Shown here: positions 16,439 through 25,319 of the stretch, piece after piece | Position numbering within the stretch: position 1 is the stretch's first letter | Layout: each line of letters opens with the position of its first letter | From: Candidatus Woesebacteria bacterium RIFCSPLOWO2_01_FULL_39_10 | GTDB lineage: Bacteria > Patescibacteriota > Microgenomatia > UBA8517 | DNA: 43,570 nt | Assembly (NCBI GenBank): GCA_001793015.1 | Contig: MGHC01000037.1 | Location: 85,877-129,446 of the forward strand | Direction of reading: 5' to 3' | The notes under the pieces: generated by a model | What the model was told of the DNA's origin: nothing | Seen by the model: only the letters and a program-made list of their open reading frames with translations | Databases searched by the model: none | Made by a program: the position numbers and the translations under genes

Positions 16439-16449
16439 ATTTTATATCA
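16439..16449 (-). promoter_or_regulatory. candidate extended -10 (TGATATAAAAT) directly upstream of glyQS
   Basis: The minus strand reads CATGATATAAAATTCAAAC-ATG. The -10-like hexamer ends 6-8 nt before the ATG at 16432 and no SD is visible. Confidence 0.3.
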
Positions 16450-16487
16450 TGTCTTTAAAGAATCCAATAAGATTAATAAATATCGCC

Positions 16488-17375
16488 TTAGGTGCCTTTT
16501 CTCACCAATTTGTATTGACTGATATTGGGTAAAATTGCACCAGAGAAGATTAATAGCCCTCCAAGAATCGTCGTAAACTGTGGATATTCTCCAAAAATTA
16601 AAAATGAAAATAGAGTGGCAAATATAATTTCAACCGGCAGTATAATACTTCCAATTTGTGCCTCAAGGTTTTTAAAACCATATACAATCAAACCAACATT
16701 AATAGTTTGAACAACTGCGTAAATAAACACCCAGAACCATTTAACGGCAGAGACATTCAATGGAAAAGCTTCTCTAAATAACATAGATCCCAAAAAGGCT
16801 GCGACAACACTATTTGCCGCATCCATCATAACTAACTGATTATTACTATAATTATCCGAAAACTTTTTCGATATAGTATTCCAAACTCCTGTCATAAAAC
16901 CTGAAATCAAAACAAGAGCTACAAATATGATTTGTTCAGAACTAATACTAAATTTGTAGATTATAAATAAACCAACAAAAGAAAGGGCTAAAGAGACATA
17001 CTTCATATGATTTAATTTTTCACCAAAAAATACTTTGCCCGAGATGAAACCTGAAAGAATCATCGAAGAATAAAGAACAAGATATGTCATTCCAATCTGA
17101 AGGTTGTTAAAACCGATAAACGTAAGAACCGTAATCCAAGATCCTGTTAGAAACCATATAACGATCCACTTAACATCCTTCTTTCTAATGGAAAGAATTT
17201 TTATTTTTCGAAAAGCAATGACGAATAAAATGATTACTAATACAATCAAATTTCTTGTCCAGTTTTGACTGAAGTTTCCAAAAGAGGAGCTAATAAGTCT
17301 GGAAAGTATTCCATAAAGTCCATAAAAAGACGCTGCTATGAATAAAGAAATCGCCCCCAATTTTGGATTTTTCAT
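16488..17375 (-). CDS. EamA/DMT-family transporter
   Basis: About 10 hydrophobic helices in two similar halves, typical of drug/metabolite transporters. The track start at 17390 is GTG. The ATG at 17375 (MKNPKLGAISL) avoids overlap with the upstream stop. Confidence 0.8.
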   Translation of the reverse strand: MKNPKLGAISLFIAASFYGLYGILSRLISSSFGNFSQNWTRNLIVLVIILFVIAFRKIKILSIRKKDVKWIVIWFLTGSWITVLTFIGFNNLQIGMTYLVLYSSMILSGFISGKVFFGEKLNHMKYVSLALSFVGLFIIYKFSISSEQIIFVALVLISGFMTGVWNTISKKFSDNYSNNQLVMMDAANSVVAAFLGSMLFREAFPLNVSAVKWFWVFIYAVVQTINVGLIVYGFKNLEAQIGSIILPVEIIFATLFSFLIFGEYPQFTTILGGLLIFSGAILPNISQYKLVRKGT

Positions 17376-17379
17376 TATT

Positions 17380-18465
17380 CTAATCTCCACTATCCAATTT
17401 AAGCGTCTTTATATCTGGGAGTTTGTTTTCCATTACGCCTTGAAGCTCACCAAACATTCTCGATGTATTTAATTGCATCCTCTTAAGTTGTGTTTCTCTT
17501 TTCTTCCAAATCCTCTCCATCGACCTACGTTCTGTCAACAAGTCTTCTTCCATCGCTTTTACCCCGTCTGCAAAAGCTTCAAACCTGTGCCTAAAAGCAT
17601 CGCTTTGGATATATTCATAAAGCATCTCAAGTTTTTCATCTTTATGTTCTGATCCACTTTTTGCCGCCGCAATAAACATAAGATTTCTTCTTAATATGTT
17701 TGCTAAGGGTATTGCATAAGTAATTGAAGTAATTAAAACGCCATCAACCACTTTAAAAAATTCGATATCTTTAGGTAAGTTTTCGCTAACCAGTACTACC
17801 ATTGTCGCATCATTTTTCCTTCCGTCTTCTTTAAGTTTTGGCGTCCAAGAGGGCGACCATTTCGCCCTTTTTGTCTCCCAAAGAATTATCCCAGCTAATT
17901 TACCAGATTGATTCTTTACCTTTTGAATAATATCAGCTCCCTGCACTCCCTTTCCGATTGGAATTATTTCGTCGTAAACAAATGTGCTTGTAAGTTTTTC
18001 TTCGATATCAAGTTCCAGTACTTCGCCCTGAGTTTGTTGAGAACCTTGCTGCATTTGTGTCTGTAATTCTCTTACTTTTTCCAAGGCTTCCTGAAGTTTT
18101 TTATCTTTTTCCAAATCTTTTAGACGGTGCTCATCTTGTGCGTTTTTTAATACTGACTCCTGAATTTTTTGGCGCTCGCTATCAAGCTGCCTTTGAAGAT
18201 CAAGTTTCAAATCTTTTTCCTTCTCTTCAAGCTTCCTTCTTTCTTCCCGAAGTTTAAGCTCTTGTTCGCGCAACTCATTGACTTTTTCGTCTTTCTCAAT
18301 AAGTTGACGTTTTAAATCCTTAACTTCTGTTGCTGTTTTTTCCTCCAATTCCTTTTTTATACTGTCTTCTAAATTTTTCCTTAAGTCTTCCTCGACTTGA
18401 TGTCTTAGAGCCTGAGAAATTTCCACTTCTTTTTTGCAATGCGGACAAATAAATGTGGTTATCAT
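17380..18465 (-). CDS. DUF2130-like protein (N-terminal CxxC, long charged coiled coil, C-terminal nuclease-like domain)
   Basis: 361 aa. FICPHCKK at the N-terminus, ~130 aa of E/K/L/Q-rich heptad-like sequence, then a globular domain containing GAD...ILWETKR (D...ExK pattern). Confidence 0.65.
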   Translation of the reverse strand: MITTFICPHCKKEVEISQALRHQVEEDLRKNLEDSIKKELEEKTATEVKDLKRQLIEKDEKVNELREQELKLREERRKLEEKEKDLKLDLQRQLDSERQKIQESVLKNAQDEHRLKDLEKDKKLQEALEKVRELQTQMQQGSQQTQGEVLELDIEEKLTSTFVYDEIIPIGKGVQGADIIQKVKNQSGKLAGIILWETKRAKWSPSWTPKLKEDGRKNDATMVVLVSENLPKDIEFFKVVDGVLITSITYAIPLANILRRNLMFIAAAKSGSEHKDEKLEMLYEYIQSDAFRHRFEAFADGVKAMEEDLLTERRSMERIWKKRETQLKRMQLNTSRMFGELQGVMENKLPDIKTLKLDSGD

Positions 18466-18522
18466 ATCAAAAACAATTCTAACATGACGACCTTAGGTTC
18501 AAAGGGGCAAATACCTGTAATC

Positions 18523-19068
18523 CTATGTTAAAAGTTTCCTCCCAACTCTTATTGTTGAAAGTTTTCTTTCCAAGACCTCCTCTAGTGCTTGGTCAGCATC
18601 ACCCATCATCCTTTGTTTCGGCCAAAAACCGAGAAGTACCAATGATTTATAAATAAATTCTTTTCGCAAGCTTTTTAAACTGTTTGTATCACAAAGAAGT
18701 TCTAAATTTTTCAAAATAAGTTCGTAGAATTCCTGGTTTTTTTCTTCTTCCTGGGATAATCGCCCAACAACTTCCATTAAAAAATAGGCAACTGATACTT
18801 TTTTTAGACTTGAACGAATTACTTTATAAGAACTTATAGTTTCCGTTTCGGTAATCAGATCTAATCCTTTGCCTTGTGATGCAGAAAATCTGATATGACT
18901 AAAAACTTCGATATGGCCTCGTTTTCGGCTTTTGGGTTTTCTGACGCCTTTTGCCAGAAAGGAAAGTTTCCCAAAGTTTTTTGTGAATATTACGAGAATC
19001 CTATCTGCCTCGGAGTAATTTCTCCTCGCGAGCACAATTCCTTCTGAAGAATAGCTCATTCTCTTCAT
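18523..19068 (-). CDS. recO: DNA repair protein RecO (short form)
   Basis: 181 aa. N-terminal OB-fold block EGIVLARRNYSEADRILVIFTKNFGKLSFLAKGVRKPKSR is typical of RecO. There is only one Cys in the protein, so no zinc finger. Confidence 0.75.
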   Translation of the reverse strand: MKRMSYSSEGIVLARRNYSEADRILVIFTKNFGKLSFLAKGVRKPKSRKRGHIEVFSHIRFSASQGKGLDLITETETISSYKVIRSSLKKVSVAYFLMEVVGRLSQEEEKNQEFYELILKNLELLCDTNSLKSLRKEFIYKSLVLLGFWPKQRMMGDADQALEEVLERKLSTIRVGRKLLT

Positions 19069-19076
19069 TTAGATTA

Positions 19077-21098
19077 TCAGGGAGTCCTGAATTTTAATTC
19101 CGTATCTTTGAGAAGGAAAAATTCATCTTTAAGCTTACCCACTTGAATTGAATATAAAGGCTTATCTGTACCCGGCTGTTTTTGTAAATAAAGTCGATAT
19201 TCACCATCTGCTTTAAAAGGTAGTTTATACTTTAAGGTTACTTTACTTATTCCCTCGGGCCGAAGACTGAAAAATCCCGCGAAGACAGTTTTTCCAAATT
19301 CTTCATATGGTTCCTCCTTATCCTCAACTCCCTCAAATTCCAAAATTTCCGATCCTTTGGGAACATAAATTCTTACCCAATTTGGAAGAACCGAATTTAA
19401 CCATCCGTCATGTTTTTGCGGATTTTTGTAAGTAATTGTAACTGTTTTTGTAACGGAGCGGTCTTTTGCAATTTCTACTTCTTGATTTACTTCTTGAGTC
19501 ACATACAAGTTTGATTTTCTACCTCCTAAATTTGCGTCGTTAATATGAAGGTAGTCTCCTTCGTATTCGTTGAGAGTTCCTGCAATTCCAAATTTTTCTA
19601 CAGCAGCTTGTGCCTTTTCATCAATCACAAAAAAAAGTACATGCTTTTCAATGAGTGACTTTATACCAGCTTCAAAAAGAGCTGGAAGCTTATCTTTCGG
19701 TTGGCCTAATGCATTTGCTAAGATTGAATTCATCAGGGGACCTATGATCTTCTTTCTATTATCGTAATTAGGTGGCGCAAAAATAATTTTTCCTGGCTCA
19801 TCCTGACTCCAAACAACTGGTCCTTCTATATCTGCAAAACTTTCAAGCTCGTAAATAACTTGCGGGCAATCACATTCTGGAGTAACTTTCGTCGAAAATT
19901 CCCCGAAGCCAGGAACCTGAATTGGACCAATTACATCTAAAATATTTACCAAAACTTGAGTGTCCACTGCAATTATCCCGTCGATGTTTCGTATGCCTAC
20001 TGTCTTTATTTCCTTATTAAATATGTTCATCGACTCGCTAAAATCAGGCGACCAATTCATATCACGAAGCCTAACCTTTTTAGAAATTAGGTAAGGACCC
20101 TTTAAATATTTTATTATTGGTTCGGGCGCTTGCACTTTCGGAGTATAACTATCATCCAAACTATATATATCACTTGATGAAACCGGTTCAAATCTCCCTT
20201 TATTAACTAAAGCCTCGGAATAAGCTGTGATGAAACCTCCTGTCGGCCTAAGCTCTTTGTCGTTTTGAAAAAGGATTAAGTATCGTCTCTCGCTATCTAC
20301 CCCTAATAGGTACGGGGCTGATTCAAGTAAAGGCTTTCCATTTTCGATAAATTGCGAGCTTGTATCCACGAGTGCTATTCCACTGCGCAATTTCTCACGA
20401 ACAGTATTACCCATAAAAGTTTCTGGATAACGATTTGGGTCAATCTGGTCGACTTCTTTCCTTAAAAGCCCAACTTTTTCCAAAAGAAGATCTGTTTTAG
20501 GAATTAAGTCGGGAATTGACTTAACAATAAAATCAATCCTATCTTGGGTCGTTTCCTCACCGCTTGTTGCTTCATTACCGTTTCCATTAAAACCAATGAT
20601 ATCTGCATAAGGTTCAATTGCCGAAATCACTATTTGTGCGGACTCAATACCAAAACCACCTGCAATAAGGGCATGTTCTCCATCCGAAACGTATACTCCA
20701 ACAAATGGTAGGTATTTAATCCACAAAAATGCTTTATAAGCGCCTTCAACGGAAGTCAAGGAAACTCGAGTATTTTCAAGTTCTTTCTTAATTTTTTCCA
20801 AATCCTGTTCTTTCGTGACAGCTATTAAACTGATAACAGAATTACGCGCAGCTTTGACCTTCGTGTACAGTCTATATCCAAGAACTCCCAGTATTAGAGA
20901 AAAAAGAAGAACTAAGGAAATTGCAATCAACACTAACTTTTTATATTTTTTAAAGTTTCCTTTCGTGGGTTTAACTTGACTCGAAGCGGGATTCGTACGT
21001 ATTTCTTCAGTAACAACTTTAATCCTCGGTATAAGAATCGATTCTTCTTTAGTTTCTAAATTTTTGTTTTGGTCTAACCTTGGAATCTCTGGTTCCAT
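19077..21098 (-). CDS. DUF4012 domain-containing membrane-anchored protein
   Basis: 673 aa. Single N-terminal TM (LVLIAISLVLLFSLILGVLGY) and the block RRYLILFQNDKELRPTGGFITAY, which I recognise as the DUF4012 signature. Confidence 0.7.
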   Translation of the reverse strand: MEPEIPRLDQNKNLETKEESILIPRIKVVTEEIRTNPASSQVKPTKGNFKKYKKLVLIAISLVLLFSLILGVLGYRLYTKVKAARNSVISLIAVTKEQDLEKIKKELENTRVSLTSVEGAYKAFLWIKYLPFVGVYVSDGEHALIAGGFGIESAQIVISAIEPYADIIGFNGNGNEATSGEETTQDRIDFIVKSIPDLIPKTDLLLEKVGLLRKEVDQIDPNRYPETFMGNTVREKLRSGIALVDTSSQFIENGKPLLESAPYLLGVDSERRYLILFQNDKELRPTGGFITAYSEALVNKGRFEPVSSSDIYSLDDSYTPKVQAPEPIIKYLKGPYLISKKVRLRDMNWSPDFSESMNIFNKEIKTVGIRNIDGIIAVDTQVLVNILDVIGPIQVPGFGEFSTKVTPECDCPQVIYELESFADIEGPVVWSQDEPGKIIFAPPNYDNRKKIIGPLMNSILANALGQPKDKLPALFEAGIKSLIEKHVLFFVIDEKAQAAVEKFGIAGTLNEYEGDYLHINDANLGGRKSNLYVTQEVNQEVEIAKDRSVTKTVTITYKNPQKHDGWLNSVLPNWVRIYVPKGSEILEFEGVEDKEEPYEEFGKTVFAGFFSLRPEGISKVTLKYKLPFKADGEYRLYLQKQPGTDKPLYSIQVGKLKDEFFLLKDTELKFRTP

Positions 21099-21105
21099 GT
21101 AAATA

Positions 21106-21133
21106 ATAATACACTAAGTTTTAGGTTTACCAA
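21106..21133 (-). promoter_or_regulatory. candidate promoter upstream of the DUF4012 gene
   Basis: Minus strand: TTGGTA (21128-21133), 16 nt spacer, TATTAT (21106-21111), then 7 nt (TATTTAC) to the ATG at 21098. Confidence 0.3.
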
Positions 21134-21156
21134 AAAAATTATTTTTAAGAAGAAGG

Positions 21157-21837
21157 TCAGACAGCACCTTTTCCCGAAATCATCGCCCAAGGAGTTTTCA
21201 AAATAATTAAAACGTCAAAAAGAAGTGACTTTTTTCTAGCATAATAGGCATCCATTTCTATCCGTTTGTCGAACTTAATATCACTTCTTCCTGTAATTTG
21301 CCAAAATCCGGTTATACCGGGTCTTACAGTCAAAACTTCTTTTATGTATTTTTCAGTTCCTGGGAATATCTTTTGCTGCTCTACCAATTCCTCCGGTAGA
21401 TACGGCCTTGGACCAACTATGCTCATCTCGCCTTTTAAAACGTTGATTAGCTGAGGAATCTCATCTATTGAATGTTTTCTCAGAAATTTTCCGACTTTTG
21501 ATATACGGGGGTCGTTTTTGGGTTTATAGTAACCTGCTGTTCTTTTTTCTATGTAAACTTGTTTAAAACGAGGGTCTGTTTTTTCAAGTTTATCCGCTTC
21601 CACCATCATTGATCTGAATTTGAATAATCTAAAAACTTTACCGCCCCTCCCAAGTCTTTTCATATGTTCATTTGTTTTTTCCACCATAACCGGCCCGGGA
21701 GATGTAATTTTAATAAGTAAAGCGGAAATAATAATTATCGGAGAAAAAACGATGAGAAGAATTATCGATCCAATTAAGTCAATTGTCCTTTTGGTAACAT
21801 CGTAAAAGGAAATCTTATTTCTCTTGCCTGAAATCAT
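21157..21837 (-). CDS. polyprenyl-phosphate sugar-phosphate transferase (Bac_transf family, small PGT)
   Basis: 226 aa. One N-terminal membrane helix, KFRSM, and DEIPQLINVLKGEMSIVGPRP, which are hallmark blocks of WbaP/PglC-type initiating transferases. Confidence 0.85.
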   Translation of the reverse strand: MISGKRNKISFYDVTKRTIDLIGSIILLIVFSPIIIISALLIKITSPGPVMVEKTNEHMKRLGRGGKVFRLFKFRSMMVEADKLEKTDPRFKQVYIEKRTAGYYKPKNDPRISKVGKFLRKHSIDEIPQLINVLKGEMSIVGPRPYLPEELVEQQKIFPGTEKYIKEVLTVRPGITGFWQITGRSDIKFDKRIEMDAYYARKKSLLFDVLIILKTPWAMISGKGAV

Positions 21838-21861
21838 ACGAGGGCAGGTTAGTATATCATA

Positions 21862-22947
21862 CTAGTCGACAAACTCTGGATTTTCTTCCTCAAGGCGCTT
21901 GAACAAATCTTTAACCTTTGCGGTATCGTCCATATTGCATACAAGTAGTGCTCCGTGGGTATCTATGACAACTACATTTTTTAAGCCAATTACTGAAACC
22001 ATCTTTTCACCTTCTCCGATAATAAGATTTCCTGAAGAGTCTATAAACATTGTCTTGACCTCTCCTTCAATAACATTTTCCTGGTTCGGTTCTATCATTG
22101 CCTTATAAAAAAGTTCCCAAGTTCCAGCGTCTTCCCATTCTGTTTCCGTTGCCATTGTCAATCTCAAATCCGTAGGCAGTTTTTCAAAAAGACCAATGTC
22201 CACAGAAACCTTTTCAAATTTGGCATACTCACTTTTAAGAACTTCTTCGAAATTTTCTTTCCCCCAAGAATCCATTATTTTAACTAATCCTTCGTAAACA
22301 CTCGGAGCATAATCTTTATAATAAGAAAGCATTAAATCAGACCTCCAGGAAGCATAACCAGTGTGAATTAAATATTTGCCGGCTTTGAAAAACTCATTAG
22401 CTTTCGCTTCATCCGGTTTTTCTATATGCCTAACTATCTTATAGACAGTAAAACCTTCCTCCTCAGAAACTTTATCGCCGAATTCAACCCATCCGTTGTG
22501 GATAGATGGATAGGTAGGCTTTTCATTTAGAGATACGGATATTCCAGTTTTTTTTGTATATTCGCAAGCTGCTTTTACTGCTTTAATAAAATCATCAACT
22601 TTCCCAATGAAATGATCGGCCCAAGAAAAAAACATAACTTCTCCTGGAAATCTTTTCTCAACAATTGCGGTAACTAATCCAATGGCTCCAAGGTTATCTC
22701 TTCTTTCGGGTTCCAAGATTATATTTTCAGGAGGTATTTCGGGAGCTTGATCTAAAATAAATTGCTTGTATCTTGCTTCTGTAGAAACTAGGATGTCTTT
22801 CGGCTCATATGCTTTTTTAAATCGTTCAAACGTGTGTTGGAAAAAGGATCTGCCTTTAACTATTGTTCTAAATTGTTTTGGATAGGATTTCGTACTCGTT
22901 GGCCACATCCTTGTACCAAAACCGCCACAAAATATTATGACCTTCAT
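21862..22947 (-). CDS. manC: mannose-1-phosphate guanylyltransferase (GDP-mannose pyrophosphorylase type)
   Basis: 361 aa. IFCGGFGTRMWP...YPKQF nucleotidyltransferase loop, and EPERRDN. Confidence 0.8.
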   Translation of the reverse strand: MKVIIFCGGFGTRMWPTSTKSYPKQFRTIVKGRSFFQHTFERFKKAYEPKDILVSTEARYKQFILDQAPEIPPENIILEPERRDNLGAIGLVTAIVEKRFPGEVMFFSWADHFIGKVDDFIKAVKAACEYTKKTGISVSLNEKPTYPSIHNGWVEFGDKVSEEEGFTVYKIVRHIEKPDEAKANEFFKAGKYLIHTGYASWRSDLMLSYYKDYAPSVYEGLVKIMDSWGKENFEEVLKSEYAKFEKVSVDIGLFEKLPTDLRLTMATETEWEDAGTWELFYKAMIEPNQENVIEGEVKTMFIDSSGNLIIGEGEKMVSVIGLKNVVVIDTHGALLVCNMDDTAKVKDLFKRLEEENPEFVD

Positions 22948-22960
22948 TGGTATAACTATA

Positions 22961-24070
22961 TTAAACTTTTCTTTTTATCAAGTCCAGAAATTCTCCTTTA
23001 AATCTTTCTTTCGAAAATCTTGATGCATTTTTTACTAAATCTCTTTTATCAAAAGACATCTTTTTTTCAAACCGCTGTATTGCATTTATAAGACTTTCTT
23101 TAGTCTGCTTTTCAAAAAATACTCCTGTCGCGAAGCGTCCTGAGCTCGTCGAAGGATCATCTATAATATCTAAAGCGCCTCCAGATTTATATGCAATTAT
23201 TGGGACGCCTGCCGACTGCGCTTCAACTGCAGTTATTCCAAAATCTTCATCCTGGGGAAAAATAAAAGCTTTCGCTCCTTGGTATAGGCTTATTAATTCT
23301 TCTTCAGATACAAGCCCTTTATACGTAATATTTTTATTAGATCTACTTTTAAGTTTAGATTCCTCACTTCCAGTACCGACAACAATCAACGGCAAACCCA
23401 GTTCATTAAAAGTCTCTACAACCAGGTTGACCTTTTTATATTTCACTAGTCTAGAAACAATTAGATAGTAGTTAAATTTTTTCTTTTCCGATTTCCTGTT
23501 TGGTTCTTCGAATTTCTTTATTTCGACTGGTGGATAGATTAATTCAGATTCTCTTCCATAATATTTTTTAATCCTTGCTTGCACAGCAGTTGATATTCCA
23601 ATCATTTCGTCTGGTCTTTGAGCGGCAATTTTATCCCAAGCTCTTAGATAGGAAACAAGCGGTCTTGTTATATCTTTAAAGGTGCCACCTTTAAAGTATT
23701 CTTTATAGTGACTCCAGAGATATCGAGTTGGTGTTAGGCAATAGCAAACGTGCAACGTAGGAGGTTTAGTGATTATTCCCTTTGCTGCTTCTGAAGTTAC
23801 TGATATAACAAGCTCATACCCAGAGAAATCAAATGTTTCAAAGGCAATAGGCATTAATGGGGCAAGTAATTCATGTTTATCGTGTGTAAATGCAATATTT
23901 TGCAAAAAGGAGGGAATTACTTTTGGAAATACTTTCGCCCACGGAGCTTTGGTTGGGTCGTAAACTGAAGTATAAAGAGGGGCTTCTGGAAAAAGTTCAT
24001 GTAAAGCTAAAAGTACTCTCTCCGCCCCTCCCCACTTATTTACTCTGTCGTATACAATCGCTGTTTTCAT
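22961..24070 (-). CDS. GT4-family glycosyltransferase
   Basis: 369 aa GT-B protein. C-terminal donor-binding block FPQDEDFGITAVEAQSAGVPIIA (EX7E type). Confidence 0.85.
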   Translation of the reverse strand: MKTAIVYDRVNKWGGAERVLLALHELFPEAPLYTSVYDPTKAPWAKVFPKVIPSFLQNIAFTHDKHELLAPLMPIAFETFDFSGYELVISVTSEAAKGIITKPPTLHVCYCLTPTRYLWSHYKEYFKGGTFKDITRPLVSYLRAWDKIAAQRPDEMIGISTAVQARIKKYYGRESELIYPPVEIKKFEEPNRKSEKKKFNYYLIVSRLVKYKKVNLVVETFNELGLPLIVVGTGSEESKLKSRSNKNITYKGLVSEEELISLYQGAKAFIFPQDEDFGITAVEAQSAGVPIIAYKSGGALDIIDDPSTSSGRFATGVFFEKQTKESLINAIQRFEKKMSFDKRDLVKNASRFSKERFKGEFLDLIKRKV

Positions 24071-24624
24071 TGAAAGATATCAGGAGCTTTAAGTTGTGCA
24101 AGCCTGAGAATTGCAATTGTATCTGTTGCCTTAATTTCTCCTTCACTAATTTTTTCATCAACTTTTCGCGCTGGAATCAAAACCACTTCTATATCCTCTG
24201 TCTCGTCTAAATTTTGTTCGTTTTGTATTTCAACATCTCGAACCAGAAAACCATAAGTTTTTTGAGTATCTTTAGATGGTTCTGCAAACATAAAACCCAA
24301 TAGTTCGACTTTTTTCGCGATATATCCTGTTTCTTCCTCGAGTTCCATCCGGGCTTCCTCCTCAGGAGTATTTCCTTTTCTAATTCTTCCGGCCGGGAGC
24401 TCTAAAATCACTTCCCCAGCCCCATGTTTATATTGTCTAACAAAAACCACTTCCGCCTTTTTAGTCAAAGCAACAACCATAGAAACATCTCCTAATTTAG
24501 AAATATAATAGCCATCAACAATTTTCCCATTCGGCAGTTTTACTTTGTGTTTAAAAAGAGGAAACCAATGACTTGGTGAAATATCTTCCTCTTTCAACAG
24601 CCTCCATTTCTCAATTTTTCTCAT
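24067..24624 (-). CDS. Nudix hydrolase, NDP-sugar/ADP-ribose pyrophosphatase-like (NudF/NudK type)
   Basis: 185 aa. Nudix box GRIRKGNTPEEEARMELEEETGY (Gx5Ex7REUxEExGU). ATGA overlaps on both sides. Confidence 0.85.
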   Translation of the reverse strand: MRKIEKWRLLKEEDISPSHWFPLFKHKVKLPNGKIVDGYYISKLGDVSMVVALTKKAEVVFVRQYKHGAGEVILELPAGRIRKGNTPEEEARMELEEETGYIAKKVELLGFMFAEPSKDTQKTYGFLVRDVEIQNEQNLDETEDIEVVLIPARKVDEKISEGEIKATDTIAILRLAQLKAPDIFQ

Positions 24625-25022
24625 TTCTCCAATTTTCTCACAACCCCCTTCACCGCATCAACTTCGACTAAATCGCCGTCTTTCAAAACTTTTGTTGCAA
24701 CTTGAGTACCGACTATACACGGTATTCCATATTCTCTCGATACAATTGCAGCATGACTGAGTGACCCTCCAAGGTCTGTAATTACCGCAGATGAAACAGC
24801 AATAAGAGGAGTGTAGGTAGGACTGGTAGCCTCGGTAACTAGCACATCACCTTTCTGGAATTTAGAAAAATCTTTAAAGTCTTTAACAACGGTAACTTTT
24901 CCACGAACTTTACCCAACGACGCTCTTAATCCTTTAATGATCTTATCTTGCACGTATCTTAATCTCCTTCCATGATAAATTAAATATATCCTCAGGTTTT
25001 TCAAGACCAATTTTTCCACCAA
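24621..25022 (-). CDS. PEP-utilising enzyme mobile (phosphohistidine swivel) domain; probable C-terminal piece of a frame-broken gene
   Basis: GDVLVTEATSPTYTPLIAVSSAVITDLGGSLSHAAIVSREYGIPCIVG matches the swivel-domain pattern with the GG.(L/T)SHAAI His. The track start is TTG and there is no internal ATG. A GTG at 24953 is the only alternative start. Confidence 0.7.
   Translation of the reverse strand: MVEKLVLKNLRIYLIYHGRRLRYVQDKIIKGLRASLGKVRGKVTVVKDFKDFSKFQKGDVLVTEATSPTYTPLIAVSSAVITDLGGSLSHAAIVSREYGIPCIVGTQVATKVLKDGDLVEVDAVKGVVRKLEK
24653..24674. repeat. 22-nt exact repeat shared by the 3' ends of the two swivel-domain genes (copy 1)
   Basis: ccgcatcaacttcgactaaatc is identical to 25945-25966. 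The flanking ~100 nt are visibly similar, indicating tandem paralogues. Confidence 0.85.
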
Positions 25023-25257
25023 GAGAAATTAATATCTGTCTCAAATCATAATCTGCAAGGAATTCGTAAAATCGTCTATCTTCCCGAAGAGTTACATATT
25101 GTTGTGAGAATTTTATTAGGGACAAAAAGGGCTTCTTAATTTTTTCTTCTTCTATTTTCCTTATTTCTACTGCTTTCTCCATTTTAGCTTCGGGACTTTC
25201 TTCTAAATTTGAATACAACCTTAAAAGATTCTCTATAACCTCAGGTTTTTCCCTCAA
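24943..25257 (-). CDS. middle piece of the same PpsA/rifampin-phosphotransferase-like gene (linker/central domain)
   Basis: Contains LREDRRFYEF...LGGKIGLEKPEDIFNLSWKEI. This frame stays open upstream to 25347 and there reads ...IKNYGSRVDDADISLPTLREKPEV, resembling the Y-G-x-R...P-x-W-x-E-x-P block of this family. Confidence 0.5.
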   Translation of the reverse strand: MREKPEVIENLLRLYSNLEESPEAKMEKAVEIRKIEEEKIKKPFLSLIKFSQQYVTLREDRRFYEFLADYDLRQILISLGGKIGLEKPEDIFNLSWKEIKIRAR

Positions 25258-25319
25258 TGTTGGCAGGGATATATCAGCATCATCAACTCGACTCCCATAG
25301 TTCTTAATGTAGTTCTTTA

